From Thalia democratica (taxonomy: Eukaryota), in the NCBI GenBank assembly GCA_965202585.1, contig OZ241827.1, forward strand, positions 45,198,001 through 45,262,000: a stretch of DNA of 64,000 nt. The letters run 5' to 3'. Positions 37,901 through 50,183 of the stretch are shown piece by piece. Positions within the stretch are counted from its first letter, which is position 1, and each line of letters starts with the position of its first letter. Position numbers and translations under genes: made by a program. The notes under the pieces are model-generated. The model had not been told where the DNA came from, did not search any database, and saw only the letters and a program-made list of their open reading frames with translations.

Positions 37901-40900
37901 CACTTGGAATGTCTGGTACGCATTAAATATTGAATGATTTCATTGGTAACAAAAATAACTAAGCTACTTATAAAATTTTAAAAACTTTTTGCTTGCATTT
38001 AAAAAAGTTTTACTTTTATAAAAACTCAAAGCAAATATATAAACTTACAAACATTTTAAATTAAAATTATAGTGTCTTAATTTTTTTGTTTTTAAAATTC
38101 AAACACGTATTAATAATTTATATTACCATTTTTGAAAAATGAGTTACAAAATCTAAAACTTTACCTCTTTGTCCTTTAATTTTTTCATCTTATAATAGTT
38201 GTATGTTAACTTTATCTTCCCAAGAAGATAACCTTCAAGGGAAAAACTTAAATAGAAAATGTTTATACTTTAAGTATCAGTCTTTTATTTTATACTAAAC
38301 GAAGTAAAATAAATTTTAATTTTTAGCCCTTTATAATCAATATTTAGTGAGGTATATTGAACACCAAACAACCTCTAAATAAAAAACTAAGTACCCAAAT
38401 ACAAGATATCTGGAGTAACATAAGTAATGGTTTCTATTAACAAAAACGGAGTGAAAATTGTACAATAAAAAAGAGCACATAAACTTATCGGAAATACTAG
38501 AAAATGTTAAATCAAAGAACAAGTTGACTTTTATTAATGCTTTAGTTTTAAAAAAGTGCGGTAAATTTCTAACCAAAGTCTATAGAAAGCCAACTTCCAC
38601 GAGCCATTACCTTAACTTACAGTTTTTCGCTGCTAGCGAAGAAAATTTGGTGTAGTTCAAACCTCGTACCACAGAATACAAAAAAATGCTCATCATAAAT
38701 TTGATTGATAAATTAGATAAAATTTCAGTGAGTAAAATAATGAAGTCACAGTCTAATCAATCAAATTGAGTTAAACATTGTGGTTCTTAAAATACCCAGT
38801 GTTACTGCAGTACCGTTCATTAGAGTTTTTTTTTAGTTAAAAGAAATACTGATTAGAAAGTATTTTAAATTTAACATTATGATTTTTTTACTACCACTTC
38901 TAGGTACATACTTAATTAAACGGGAAAAGACTCAATAACATCAAAAGAAAATAAAAGTGTTTACAAATACTAATGATACTGAAGTAGTAAATATCAAACC
39001 TAATGGCTTTTAAACTAAGTATAAAGGAACATGTCTCTAGATAAATTTAGTTGTATTTTGGTGTAGTACAAAACAAAATCAACTCAACAGTAAGAAATGC
39101 TATGAAAAGATCCTAAACAGCGGAAAATTTAATTAGCAGCCCTACTTTTTCAAAACAGTTTGAAATTTTAAGGTTTAAAGTTTTGAGGAATTGTTTAAAC
39201 TGTTTTGATTTAATCAGACTAAACTAATTTTAAATAACCACCTAATATGTAATATGTTTAATAAATAGGTTGGATATACGGTTTCAGTATTTACTTAGGG
39301 CTTTTGTGTTATTTTAAATTGGTTAAATGACAATTCAAATTCCGAAAAATAAAACCTAAAAAAAAAATTAAGGGGCCACAACTTAAAAAGTAGAATCATT
39401 AAAAAAAAATAAAAAATATGTATGTTTTTCTTATTAATATCTACCAGCCATTTTTTCTTTTTGTAAAATATTAAATATTTTTTAAGATATCAAAAAAAAA
39501 TATATATATATACATTAAAACTTATTTTAAAAATATATATTACTTTTTTAGTTGTGGCCCTTTAAATTTTTTTTGAATTTGAATTGTCGGAAATTGTCGT
39601 GCACTCTTTTAAATTGTATTTTGTTAAAAACTTTTCTATGTTTAAAGATGCAATTTAAACGATTAGTAAGGAAAAAATAAAACTAAATGTTTTGATTTTA
39701 TTAGGATAAAATGAAAGATATTTTGTAAATTTATATAATTATAAGTTTTATGTATATTAATGTAACAACCTGTACAATCATTAAATGTTAACTCTAATAA
39801 AACAGTTATATGGTTGAAACTTTTTTACATGAAAATTTAACGTTGTTTTTGTGTTGAACTTCTTTATTGTTTATGTTTTTAAACTCTATTCAAACAAGGT
39901 ATGGGAATAAGTCATTCAGACATTGGGGGATATGTTTCAGCGATGTGCATGGTCCGTAATCAAGAACTACTGCTAAGATGGGCGGAAATGGCTGTTTTTA
40001 CTCCGATTATGAGAACTCATGAGGGGAACCGACCAACAATCAATTGGCAGGTTTTAAAATATTTTTTGTTTATACGTGCAACATCATGCAAAAATATTTT
40101 AATTGTCATTGGTATCAGGCCAAATTTAATAATACATTAATAAAAAGTTATAAGCTTAGTCTAAGTTATTTTTTACTTTTGTAGCCATTTTTTTCGAATA
40201 TTTTTATAAACAAAAAAAAAAATTCTTAATCTTAAATTATTTTCCTATCATCATATTTATTTATTCTAATAGTACTGAGTAGTCTTATTGCTACAAAAGC
40301 AATCGATTTTATTGTATGCCATTTAACCAGGTTTATACAAGCAAGCAGACATCTACATCCTTTGCTCGTCTCACAAAAATTTACACTTTGCTCACCCCGT
40401 ACCACTCGTTTATCGCTGAAATAAACAGCCAGCAAGGTATACCAGCGCAAAGACCAATTTTTATCGAATATCCCGACGATAATGTGGCATACGACATCAA
40501 GTTTCAATATATGTACGGTCCAGGTGAGGTTGCTTAAAAAGTTCTAATATAAAAGAGTGTAATAAAAAATGTTTAAGCTTTTTTAATTAGTGAATAGCAT
40601 TAAAGCGTTTTTAGTTTTTTGCTTTGTTTGAAATTTGTTTAAGTTTACATTGAGTGGCTTGCAAATCTACAAGTTCGATGCGTCTTAGACAATTTTTTTT
40701 AATTCCTTTTACTTCAGTATTTTAAAGTAAGTCTTCAATTATTTACTTGAAAACATAATTTTTTAATAAAATTATAAAGTATATAAAGTGTTGCTTATTA
40801 TCAAAAATTAATACTACAGCTTTGTAGATATGACAATGAAATATAGACTAAATGTTTTTAAGAAGTCAGCATTTTTTAAAAGTTTTTATAATATACTACT

Positions 40901-41213
40901 CTCAAACATAAACTATTTAACTTCTTTATTCTACTTACTTTTTTATTACGTAGACTTGCTAGTTGCACCGGTTTTACTCGAAGACTGCTCGTATTGGACA
41001 GTTTACCTTCCAGCAGGGACTTGGTATTATCTTTGGAATGATACCGAAATCGTTGTTGAGCCTTTCGGTGAGAGCAAAGATTACAAAGGTTCAAACGTTG
41101 TAATTGACGTGAAAGATTTAGGATATCCTCCAGTGTTTTATAAAGCTGACTCAAAATGGATTGACTTGTTTGAAGAAATTAAGCAAAACTGTGAGTTGGT
41201 GTTTTTATCATAA
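31981..41213 (+). CDS. GH31 glycoside hydrolase, YihQ/sulfoquinovosidase-like, with N-terminal signal peptide; 15 exons (31981-32068, 33005-33083, 33181-33331, 33397-33568, 33885-33992, 34134-34254, 34442-34625, 36261-36422, 36602-36719, 36987-37078, 37136-37334, 37796-37915, 39899-40050, 40331-40523, 40954-41213)
   Basis: Uninterrupted spliced ORF collinear with E. coli YihQ as recalled: PALEIGSG..HGNF, EQGVGRN, GGDY.TTYWPQ.TF, GRQPLPPKWLYNGAVLGLQGGTE, WIQDWSG...GSRVYWNW, SYINP, VDLTNPDAYEW, GWMADFGGEY (nucleophile), WAGDQNVD (acid/base), HSDIGGY, RTHEGNRP, LLVAPV, PPVFYKADSKW. Confidence 0.93.
32232..32830 (+). repeat. Two tandemly placed copies (about 32232-32340 and 32521-32830) of the unclassified repeat also at 19021, in GH31 intron 1
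   Basis: GTCCTGGACAAGA(A/C).TTAAA...ATCCA...GATAAC..AAAG.TTTTTTCGT.CA.CA shared among all three copies. Confidence 0.7.
38340..39140 (+). pseudogene. Decayed Penelope-like (RT/GIY-YIG) retroelement fragment in GH31 intron 12
   Basis: Translation KLTFINALVLKKCGKFLTKVYRKPTSTSHYLN resembles the LPFLD..V....F.T.VYRKPT.T..YL RT thumb motif of Penelope-like elements; frameshifts and stops follow. Confidence 0.65.
39329..39607. mobile_element. Foldback-like MITE relic in GH31 intron 12
   Basis: Nested inverted repeats GACAATTCAAATTC / GAATTTGAATTGTC and TTAA-GGGGCCACAACTTAAAAAGTA / TACTTTTTTAGTTGTGGCCCT-TTAA; right end GTCGTGCACTC resembles the 21404 end. Confidence 0.65.
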
Positions 41214-42650
41214 AAGAGTGATTCATCATCTGCCAAAAATGTTCTGAGCATATACTTATAATAAAAGAATTACTAGTTGTTAAATAAAACATATTCTGAG
41301 ATCAGCACATTATCAACTACATGTACTATTTGTACTTTATAATATGGTTTTGAAGTTTATTACAAAAACAAAAATATAGCTTGAATTTATTAAGAAAATG
41401 TTAAAAATTAATTTATAAAAGTAAAACTTTGTAAACCTTAAGAGCAAGACTTTAACAAAGATTACATAAACATATTACAAAGTTCTCATTGAAAGTTTTG
41501 AACACTATAATATTTTTTTTAATTAGATATCTGTAAAAGTAATTTTATCGTTACTTACACAGTATACTTTATTTTTATTTATGGAGTAATTTCAAAATAA
41601 ATAAAAAATATAAAAATACTGAAAATTTTCAGATGGTTATAGTTCAAATTTCAAACATGTAAAAGAGAATTTGAGCTGGGATTTGTTATGTAACGAACCC
41701 TGGATGTTTTTCTATTTATTGCTCAGAAAGTTATTCTGGTACTTGTTCTTCAATGTTTAATTTAGATTTGAAGTTAGTTAAATGTATAACACTTTGTAAT
41801 TACATTTTTATTTTTTGTTACAATAAACGAAATTGGTTTAAACGTAGAAATATACACCAAACTTAAAATATATTCATTTATAACTAACGGATGTTTTGGT
41901 ACGTTGTTTTTTGAAAACTATCTTATGTTGGTATATTCAAAAAGTATATATAATTAAACCTAATAAAAAATTTGTTTATAAATTTTAGAATTACTTTTCA
42001 GTTCAACATTTATTAAGATGTATGCTCCTTAACTAGTAATTGCGTTTGTTTCAATTAGGCACTATATTACTGTCTAGCAATTTTGTTAGATACAACTTTT
42101 TGGGACGTAAAAAAAAGCTATTTAGTTGGCTTTTGTGTACCTTTGACAAACCAAAATAAAATATATCTTTTTGTTTTTATTTTGCTGTTTTACGTTTTTG
42201 AGAGCTCATAAACCTACTTAAAAGCCATATATTTTGTTAAGTGTTCTCTTGTTTAAAATATTTTTCAACTTTTTAGTATTATATTTATTATATTGAAATT
42301 ATATTTAAACTTGTTTGATAACTGTAGCATAAAAATCGTTTAAACTTAAATACTTTAACAAGTTTAAGTTTAATTTTGTTTTGTATTCTTTTTTTAATTT
42401 GTTAATTATATGTTTTTAGATCTTGCAATTTTTAAAATTTTATAAGTTACATAAACTTAATAAAACTTTTTTATTCATAGCAAATATTTATTTAAAACAT
42501 GATATATAAATATCGTCAACAAAAATACTGATTATATATATAGTTGATACTTAATATATGAATTTATATCATTTATGAGAATTTTTATTTTAGTAACTTT
42601 TTATTTTTAAAATATAACTCTAAATTGTACTTATTGCATAAACTATAAAG

Positions 42651-45600
42651 CAGGGTTTCCCAAACTCATTTACTAAATCGCCCCCTTTTCAGTAATTTGA
42701 AAAAAAAATCGCCTCCCTCCTGATTTAACAAAGTCGTTTCCATTTGAGTACAAACTTTTGAGCTAAAAAAAGTTGTGTTTGAAATGTAATTTAGTCTGCT
42801 ACTTCTTATGCACGCACTTTTGTGTTCAAAGTAGTTTACAGGGCTTGAGAAAATAATTTACAGTTATTTTCTTAGAAGCCCAGTAAAGTGTATTAAAATA
42901 CTTAATCATTAAAAAGCCTTGTGTTATCTGTAATCAATCCTGTTTAAATATGAACTGTATTGAAACTAATGAAAATTTTAGGTCAGTGGTGGAGAATTTT
43001 TGTAGTCAGCAACTCTAATTTACTAAAAAATCTTTTCTAGTTTCAACTCGTTAAAAAAATGTAATTGCGGGCTGCATGATTTAAAAAAAATAACAAATAA
43101 GAAAATTAAAAAACTCGAGCAAAATTGTAATAAACTCATGTACTATTATTGTGATCTAGGAAATAATACTGTGAACTGAAAACGGAATGAAAGCGTATTT
43201 CAAAATATTGAGTATCAAAAAACTAAATTTTATTTATTATGCACAAGTAGTTTTCAATTTACTTAGCGGGTCGAAATTCGACTGGATCTGAGCCTTACGT
43301 TACCCATCTGAAATCTTAACTTAAATCTGACATTATAATTATATCTCATATAACAAATTTCGGACATTTAGAAGTTAATACTAAGTAAACTATTCAAGCC
43401 GCACAAAATACATAAATTATTTTATAAATAGGCATATTCTAAAATAACTATACCAGAGATTAAAAAAACTAAAAAAATGAACAGTTTATTATACACATAA
43501 TAAAAGAAAAATTAAAAATTAATTTCTGATCTAGTTTGAGGAAGTTTGACCAACTGGTTGATTTTCTCACATGAAAAGTGGTTTCATCAACAGCTTCAGT
43601 TAATGCAGTAAATTTATTAATTTCAATACTAAGATATATTGTAAGCAAGTTAGTTGTAAAATTAAAAATTTAGTTTTAAACTTTTTAAACTATTTTTTTC
43701 GTAGTAGAATACCAAGAAATAGAGCTTGACTTGGAATAATCTTTAGGGAACTAAACCTTAATTCTAACAATTTTTTTTCTTTATTTAAATTCAAAAAAAA
43801 ATCCAATGTTTTACACTTAATTCTGTGAACAGAAAGTAATCAATTAAAAAAAAAATTAACTAGGTTAAAATTTTGTTTTGTAACTGTAGCAGTCTTTTTG
43901 ATGGCTTATTCTTATTTAATTCTGTTTAAAAAGTTTTTTTCTAGCTATTAGCCCATAATAATTTAACAGAGGAAAATAGTGAAAAACTAAAAGCTAGTGT
44001 TGAAGTATTAAAATAAACTAAGTATATTCTAATTGCTAATATAATTGAATTAAGAAAAAACAAAAAACAGTTGCATTAATAGTCTAAACCTCCTTATATA
44101 ATAATAATTTGCTTAACAATAATAAATCAAGTTAGAAAAAAAATAGTTTAAGAAACTTTTAAATGAAAGAGTAGAAGTCATTTAAAATAAAGACCTCAAA
44201 TCTATACTCTTTTAAAACCAAAAAATTCATTTTAGAATTTAAAACTTTAATGGTTATCAAAATTTTACAATCAGATAATAGTTATATAGTTATATAAGTT
44301 ATATACAGATTAAACAAGTAATAACAAAAACCTGTCAAATAAAGGTCTTTCAAACAAATATTTTAGTTTTATCACTATGCTATAAAAACTTTTAGTGTAA
44401 TGTAAAACGACGAATATGAACTACACAATTTAACCAGGTCAAAATAAAACTATTAACAACTTTAAAACATAAACCATTTAATAAACATAGTAGACTTCCG
44501 CTTAAGTTCAGACTTTGAAAAAAATTAAAACATGCAAACTAAAAAAATTATTACCATATATTTTTTTACAAAATATCAAATTTCAATATGTTATATGCAA
44601 TAATGTTATGAATAAACATGAAATCCACTAAAACATAAAACAAACTTTCATTAAAATAAAACAGATCTATATAAGCTAACAAATACTATATATATTTTGT
44701 TTTATTAATATTTAGTTAGTAATAGACTTTACTTTAGTTATATATAGCAAAATATAAATTTGCTATTTTTATTTTGGTAAAAAGTGCGAACTCAAGGGGA
44801 AGTCCACCGTAACTAATATTTATTAGGCATTATGCAAACTTGTTGTAGAATAAATAGCTTGATAAAGTTGTTATTATAAAAATACTACTTAAATACAATA
44901 CAAACCAGGTTAAATAAGAAGTTTTCAAAAGATCAAATCAAATTATAAAACTTTCATAAAATAATGTCTGCTACTGAAGTCTAGTATAATGTGAAGGATG
45001 AGGTTCATGACTGCTTGCAAGTTTTTCTAATCTGATTCTTAATCGATAAAATAGAGCCTTAAACCACCTCCTTTATAAATATCTAGATTAGATCTTTTGC
45101 TCAAGATGTTGATAACTAAACTGAAAGCTTTCTCAACAACATAGCTAGAAGGAAAAGCTATAAACAGCAATCTAAATTCCTCTTAAATGATTGGATACTT
45201 TTGCCTTAGTTTTTGTTGAGTCCAAAAGCTTTCATATTGTTCTTTGGAAGAATTTACTTTAAGTTTAAGGTTAGTTTGTAAGTCTTGAGAAGGTTTCCTG
45301 TATGTCGTTTATTTCAAAAGTATCTGCCTCGAAGGGATCCATATTTTTATCTATATGATAGCTTTTTTGTTTCAAATCTAAATTTTACTACTTAATATGT
45401 TAAAATCGTTAAAAATTCCAGATTTTTTCCAGGTTTTTTTTTAGCCGAACTTGTCAAGTTCAAGGTTTTTCCAGGTTTCTAGGTAAGTTGGCAACCCTGT
45501 ACAGTTTTATTTCTTAGTCTAACTTGGTGACTTTTCAAAAAAAAACTAGAAATATCATGAGGTGATAGACAATAAAAAATAACATAGATTTTTACAAACC

Positions 45601-46007
45601 ATTTATGATCCCAAATAACATATATGTCAGGTTATAAAATAGTGAGAGGGATTTCAATCATCTATGATATATGTAATTGTTAAACAAGGAAATATATGAA
45701 TGAAAATATAGTACTTACTTGAAAGTAGGAGTCATAAGCACTTGATTTTTTTCTATTTTTTACATTAATAAAATAAACTTTTTTGTTCAAGTTTTACCTC
45801 AGGGTCAAATGATTAATAGCAAGCTTTAATTAGTAAAATAGCAAGAAAAAAAGTAAAAATCTCATGACAGCCCAAAATTTAAAAATCGCCCCCTTTTCGC
45901 CCCCTTACTACTTATCGCCCACCCTTTCGCCCCCTTACAAATTATCGCCCCCTAAATTACTAAAATCGCCCCCAGGGGGGCGATATCGCCCACTTTGGGA
46001 AACCCTG
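42651..46007. mobile_element. Non-autonomous hAT (Buster-type) element, 3357 bp
   Basis: TIRs CAGGGTTTCCCAAA / TTTGGGAAACCCTG; perfect 8-bp TSD CTATAAAG; subterminal ATCGCCCCC repeats at both ends; no intact ORF. Confidence 0.93.
44940..45499 (-). pseudogene. Nested hAT fragment: one CAGGGTTGCCA terminus plus decayed C-terminal dimerisation domain of a Buster/SCAND3-like transposase
   Basis: GTTGGCAACCCTG ends at 45499; minus-strand translation gives ...EEFRLLFIAFPSSYVVEKAFSLVINILSKRSNLDI..GGLRL with stops. Confidence 0.65.
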
Positions 46008-46499
46008 CTATAAAGTATGAAAGCTAGTTAAATATTCAATTAAGATTTTTTTTTAATTTCAAACTTCGATTTTACTAAAATAAAGTTACTTATGTATTTT
46101 TATTATCTTTAAAATATTTAATTTTTCGTATGTGCTATCAAAGTATGTCGTAAAAATCATTCATATTCATTGAATTTATAAACAACTACGTTTAATAGAC
46201 TTTGACTTCTAGAAGCGTTACAGAAGTAAATAACAAAACATTTTTTTACTTCAAAATCTAGATATTTTTTTAAAACATACTTTGCTGGGTAAATTCAATT
46301 TGATCAAAAAACTCAAAAAAAAACTGTATGTACTTCAACTAATTAGATCGTTTAAACAAGCATTTGTTAGAAAAATATTAATCAAAGTTGTTACAAGATA
46401 CGCCTTATATAAAACCAAAGAAAACTTTTGGGGAACTCTAGAGATCCTATACTTGGACTTTCGTATGCCGTGAGACAAACGGAAGTTAACTTAAAGGTT

Positions 46500-46826
46500 T
46501 GATCATAATAACCGAAGACAAGTAGTCTTCGGTAGACTGAGACCTGTGTTTCGTTCTTATTGAAACTCGTCAGTCAGCTGCTATCGAAAAACTTGCAGTC
46601 GTCAATCTACAAACTGTTTGTCATGTTTTACCATAAACAACCGTTTGCTGGTATTTTTGTCTGATGATGATGGTCTTATTGCATAAGAAAGTCCCGGCTT
46701 AGACTCTGTAGACTTTTGCGATTTTTCTTTAATCGTATTCAACACGAGCGTACCAGCTTTCTTACTTAGTGAACAAGGTGTACTATCGTTTATAACCCGC
46801 GATCATTTCTAACCTGATCATAATAA
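46500..46826 (-). mobile_element. Probable Penelope-like retroelement pseudo-LTR fragment
   Basis: GC-richer 303-bp insert between 12-bp direct repeats TGATCATAATAA (46500-46511, 46815-46826); contains a hammerhead core and a perfect 9-bp hairpin ACCGAAGAC-AAGTA-GTCTTCGGT. Confidence 0.55.
46536..46578 (-). ncRNA. Minimal type I hammerhead ribozyme
   Basis: Minus strand reads GCUGA-CUGACGA-GUUU(CAAUAA)GAAC-GAAA-C(ACAG)G-UC-UCAGU: conserved CUGANGA and GAAA boxes, 4-bp stem II, 1-2 bp stem III, GUC cleavage triplet, and stem I GCUGA/UCAGU. Confidence 0.8.
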
Positions 46827-47157
46827 GTAATTTGCCTTGAATAATAACTGTTTAAAAAAGTAATTTATCAACGAGATCAAAGAACTGCGATTGAGATTTT
46901 ACATGCTATTGCTCGTAATTATACTTAATTTAACAATGAATAATTTAATCATTTTCTTATTAAAAATTTCTATCTTTCCTAGTTGTTTTTTCGCTTGTGC
47001 ATGATAAGGTTTACATTATACTTTTATTAACAAAAATTCGAATTATAAGATGAAGAAAAATTTCTTTAGCAACTGTTTACATATATAAAAGTAAGTATTT
47101 TAGTAAATAGCATTTATTCATATCAACGCCATTAAGCTACAAAGAAACATATTCTTG

Positions 47158-48502
47158 TTATTTCAAGTTGTGATGAACAAGTAAAAGATTTTCACCAATT
47201 GTTGAAAGCAATCGATTTCGCTTTTGTCCGAACAAGTTACCAGCTTTTGAAAATAACCTTTCAGTATAAACAGAAGATGGTGGTACCGAAAGATACCTTC
47301 TTGCAAACCTGGGAAGATGTGTGTATTTTATCTTGTTTGAGTTCCACCAAGACAAGACTTCAGCTTCTTTAAATTCTTCAGCAGATAAATTTTCTTTAGC
47401 AAAAAAAATAGTTTCTGTCTCAATCTCTTGATCAACTGAATCTTGTTGCTCACTTTCGTAAGTGTTTGCACTTGTTTCCAATTTAAATGTAGAATAGAAC
47501 GACAAAAAAATTTGGAACATCATTTTTAGGTAGTTAAGCTTGAGGTTTATTAGGCGGTACTAGAGGAACTTGACCACTTTGGTCAGTTTCACGACAACTA
47601 TGATTTTCTACTTCTTATTTCAGTAGCCTTACAACCTTTTGCTTGAAGTTAGCAGGGAAAACGTCAAGTCGATACCCGGGATCAACAGCTTTTGTGAGTA
47701 AAAACAAGTCGTTATCATAAAGGTTTTTTCGTGTGCTGTCATTAGTAGTATAAAACCTTCTTTCGAAAGCTTCTTTTATATTTTCTGGTGAACTATAAGC
47801 TTTATGATTAAAAAACTTTTTTAGTACTGCTGCATGCGGGATTACACTTGGAAGCAATGCGTTGTTTTTACTACACTGCTGCGTTACTATGTAAAAAGGT
47901 TCAAGTAGTTCATTAAGGAGGCTAACAAGTTTCCATTCATCAGCTGTAAGAAAATTTTTGGGTTTAAATTTGTTGTTAGCCATATAGTTCTGAACACTTG
48001 TTTTAAATTTTTTCTAGTCTTTTTAGCATAAGGTAAGTTGGGATCCACCTTGTTTCAACATCTTGCATAAGTAGCAAGGCTTTTTGTATTGACACTGATG
48101 AACTTAAAGTGACCTGGTTTTTTTTTTAGTTTTTTGCATGCTGTAAAAGAATGATTAAATTGGCCAACAGTTTGACGGTCCTTGGCTATTAACACACTTA
48201 TGTTATTTTCTGACAACAGTGAATCTTTAATTATCAGTTGAAGCGTGTGAATGAAACAGGGTGCTGAAGAGGATTCTAACAACAACAGTCTTCATGTTAA
48301 ATGCATTGTCGCGCAGAAAAACGTTAATGCGATTCATATTAATACCTAAACTTCCCTATTTCCCGAAATACCCCAAAGTTTTTCAAAACTAATTAGATCC
48401 TGATCCGACCAAATCTCACCTAGGATCCGGCTGGATCTGGAATTTTTTTTTTAATTTAGAACCGTATCCATGCAAAAAATGGTCGGATGCGGTAGATCAC
48501 TA
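47158..48502 (-). mobile_element. hAT (Ac/ZBED1-4-like) transposon, internally deleted, with frameshifted transposase
   Basis: Terminus TAGTGATCTACCGCATCCG with GGATCCGG subterminal repeats; fragments FLRDNA, APCFIHTLQL (CxxH), DEWKLVSLLNELLEPF, AVDPGYR, SWW...RYLSVPPSSVYTERLFSKAG lie in different frames. Other end not securely located. Confidence 0.85.
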
Positions 48503-49379
48503 GTAATAAGTGATTCCGAGATTTTATCGTAAAAAAGTATTAAAAAAAAAACTATTAACTAAAAAAAGTTCAGTTATTGAAAACCACAGACAATTTAGAA
48601 AATTAAAAAGTTGCACATAAGTACAAATTTGTATAATTGTACGATATACTAGTAAAATATTTTTTAAACTTATTTATTGATGCACTTTAGTCAACTGGTT
48701 TGAGAATTTAAAAAACACTTAAGTTTTAAACCAATTTCAGCAGAAAGACCAACGAGCAGGCAGTTGTAAAGTTAAACAGATTATGCATTTTGTTAGTATA
48801 TAAAGGGCACAAAATATCAAATTTTTTAACTTTACAAAAGGTGCATCCGACATAGCTAGTTGTTAGCTATGAAGCTTTCCATATAAAGAGTTGCAGCTAA
48901 TGTTTATTATTAATATTATTTGTGCTCCAATTAAAATTTTATTTATAATAAACATAAAAAACTATCTAAAACAATAATAAAAATTGGCTGCAACTCTTTG
49001 GAAACATAGTTTCCTTCATAAAATAAAAATATTATAATTATTTATGCTAAAAGTTAAAAAAAATACATATACAATTTTTAAATATATGCCATTAAAAAAT
49101 ATTTTTATTAAAACGACAGAAATTCAAATTTACATACTCAGAAAATTATTAAATATTTTATAATAAACTGATTAAGAACTTTTTTAAATTAAATTAACAT
49201 TTTTTTATAAAAAACTGTCTTTTATGGTATTTACAGATCTTGTTTTAAAACAAACAAGTAAAAATATCAAGTGTATTGTTTATAAATAAAATTAAAGGCA
49301 AAGGTATATAAAATAAAGTTTACTGAAAAAGAAAAGTTTAGAATCTAAAGTAGGTGTATACATGTATTCACTAGGATAT

Positions 49380-49560
49380 TTTGTTAACGAACACTTAAAT
49401 TTATATTTTGAATAATTAACTGTTTAGTCACAAAAGCAGCGTCTATATTTATCAAAAATGTGATTCTTGTTTACCAGAAAAAATGATTATTAGATTATTT
49501 TGAAAAAATTATATACATTGTTCTTTAAAGCACAGAAAATCGTTGTCTAAAGCAGTTTAT
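49380..49560 (+). pseudogene. Possible highly decayed 3' end of a GIY-YIG/Penelope-like ORF
   Basis: KCDSCLPEKMII...HR resembles the C..CL.EK..I...CRH tail of such elements; very degraded. Confidence 0.3.
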
Positions 49561-50183
49561 AAATGTTTACAAAAGTATTTAACATAATTAAAGCAATGAA
49601 TTTAAATTTAGTTTATCAAATTAAAAGTTAAGCTAAAGTTACTGCTTACATCTAAGCATTAAAAAAGGAAAACAAGCTAATAAAAACAAATATTATAACT
49701 AGATAAAATTGTATATTATAGTTGAACAAAATGAATTGATTTACAAAAAACTTTAAACAATAATTTATAAATGCTACTGAAAAAATCATCGAAGTTTAGT
49801 AATGCTTCTAAAACAGTAAGTATTAAGTTATTTAAAACCTAATTAATAAGTTGTATACACAAGTTTTATGTCAAATAACAAAAAAAAAAACATTACAAAC
49901 CGAAATCGTTCAAATAATTTAATTACTAGAAATGTCTAGCTCCAAAAATGTTGTTTTAAAGTGTTTTTATTAAAAAAAAACATTTAACGCAATTAAAAAA
50001 AGATTAGTACTAAAAAAGTAAAAAAAAAAATAAATCATTAAAAAAAAAAGTCTCTATTTTCTTAAGATTCGTAAAAAGTTTTAAATATTTAAATATAAAA
50101 CTATTCTAACTTGTGGTTAAAAATGAAAAACTAAAAAAAAATGTATATATTTAAACTAACTTGGTACTTTTTACCATATACGT

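Noticed and set aside
31981-41213. Bacterial contamination as the source of the YihQ-like gene
   Set aside because: Fourteen GT-AG introns, host-like AT-rich codon usage and host transposon relics in the introns show it is integrated nuclear DNA.
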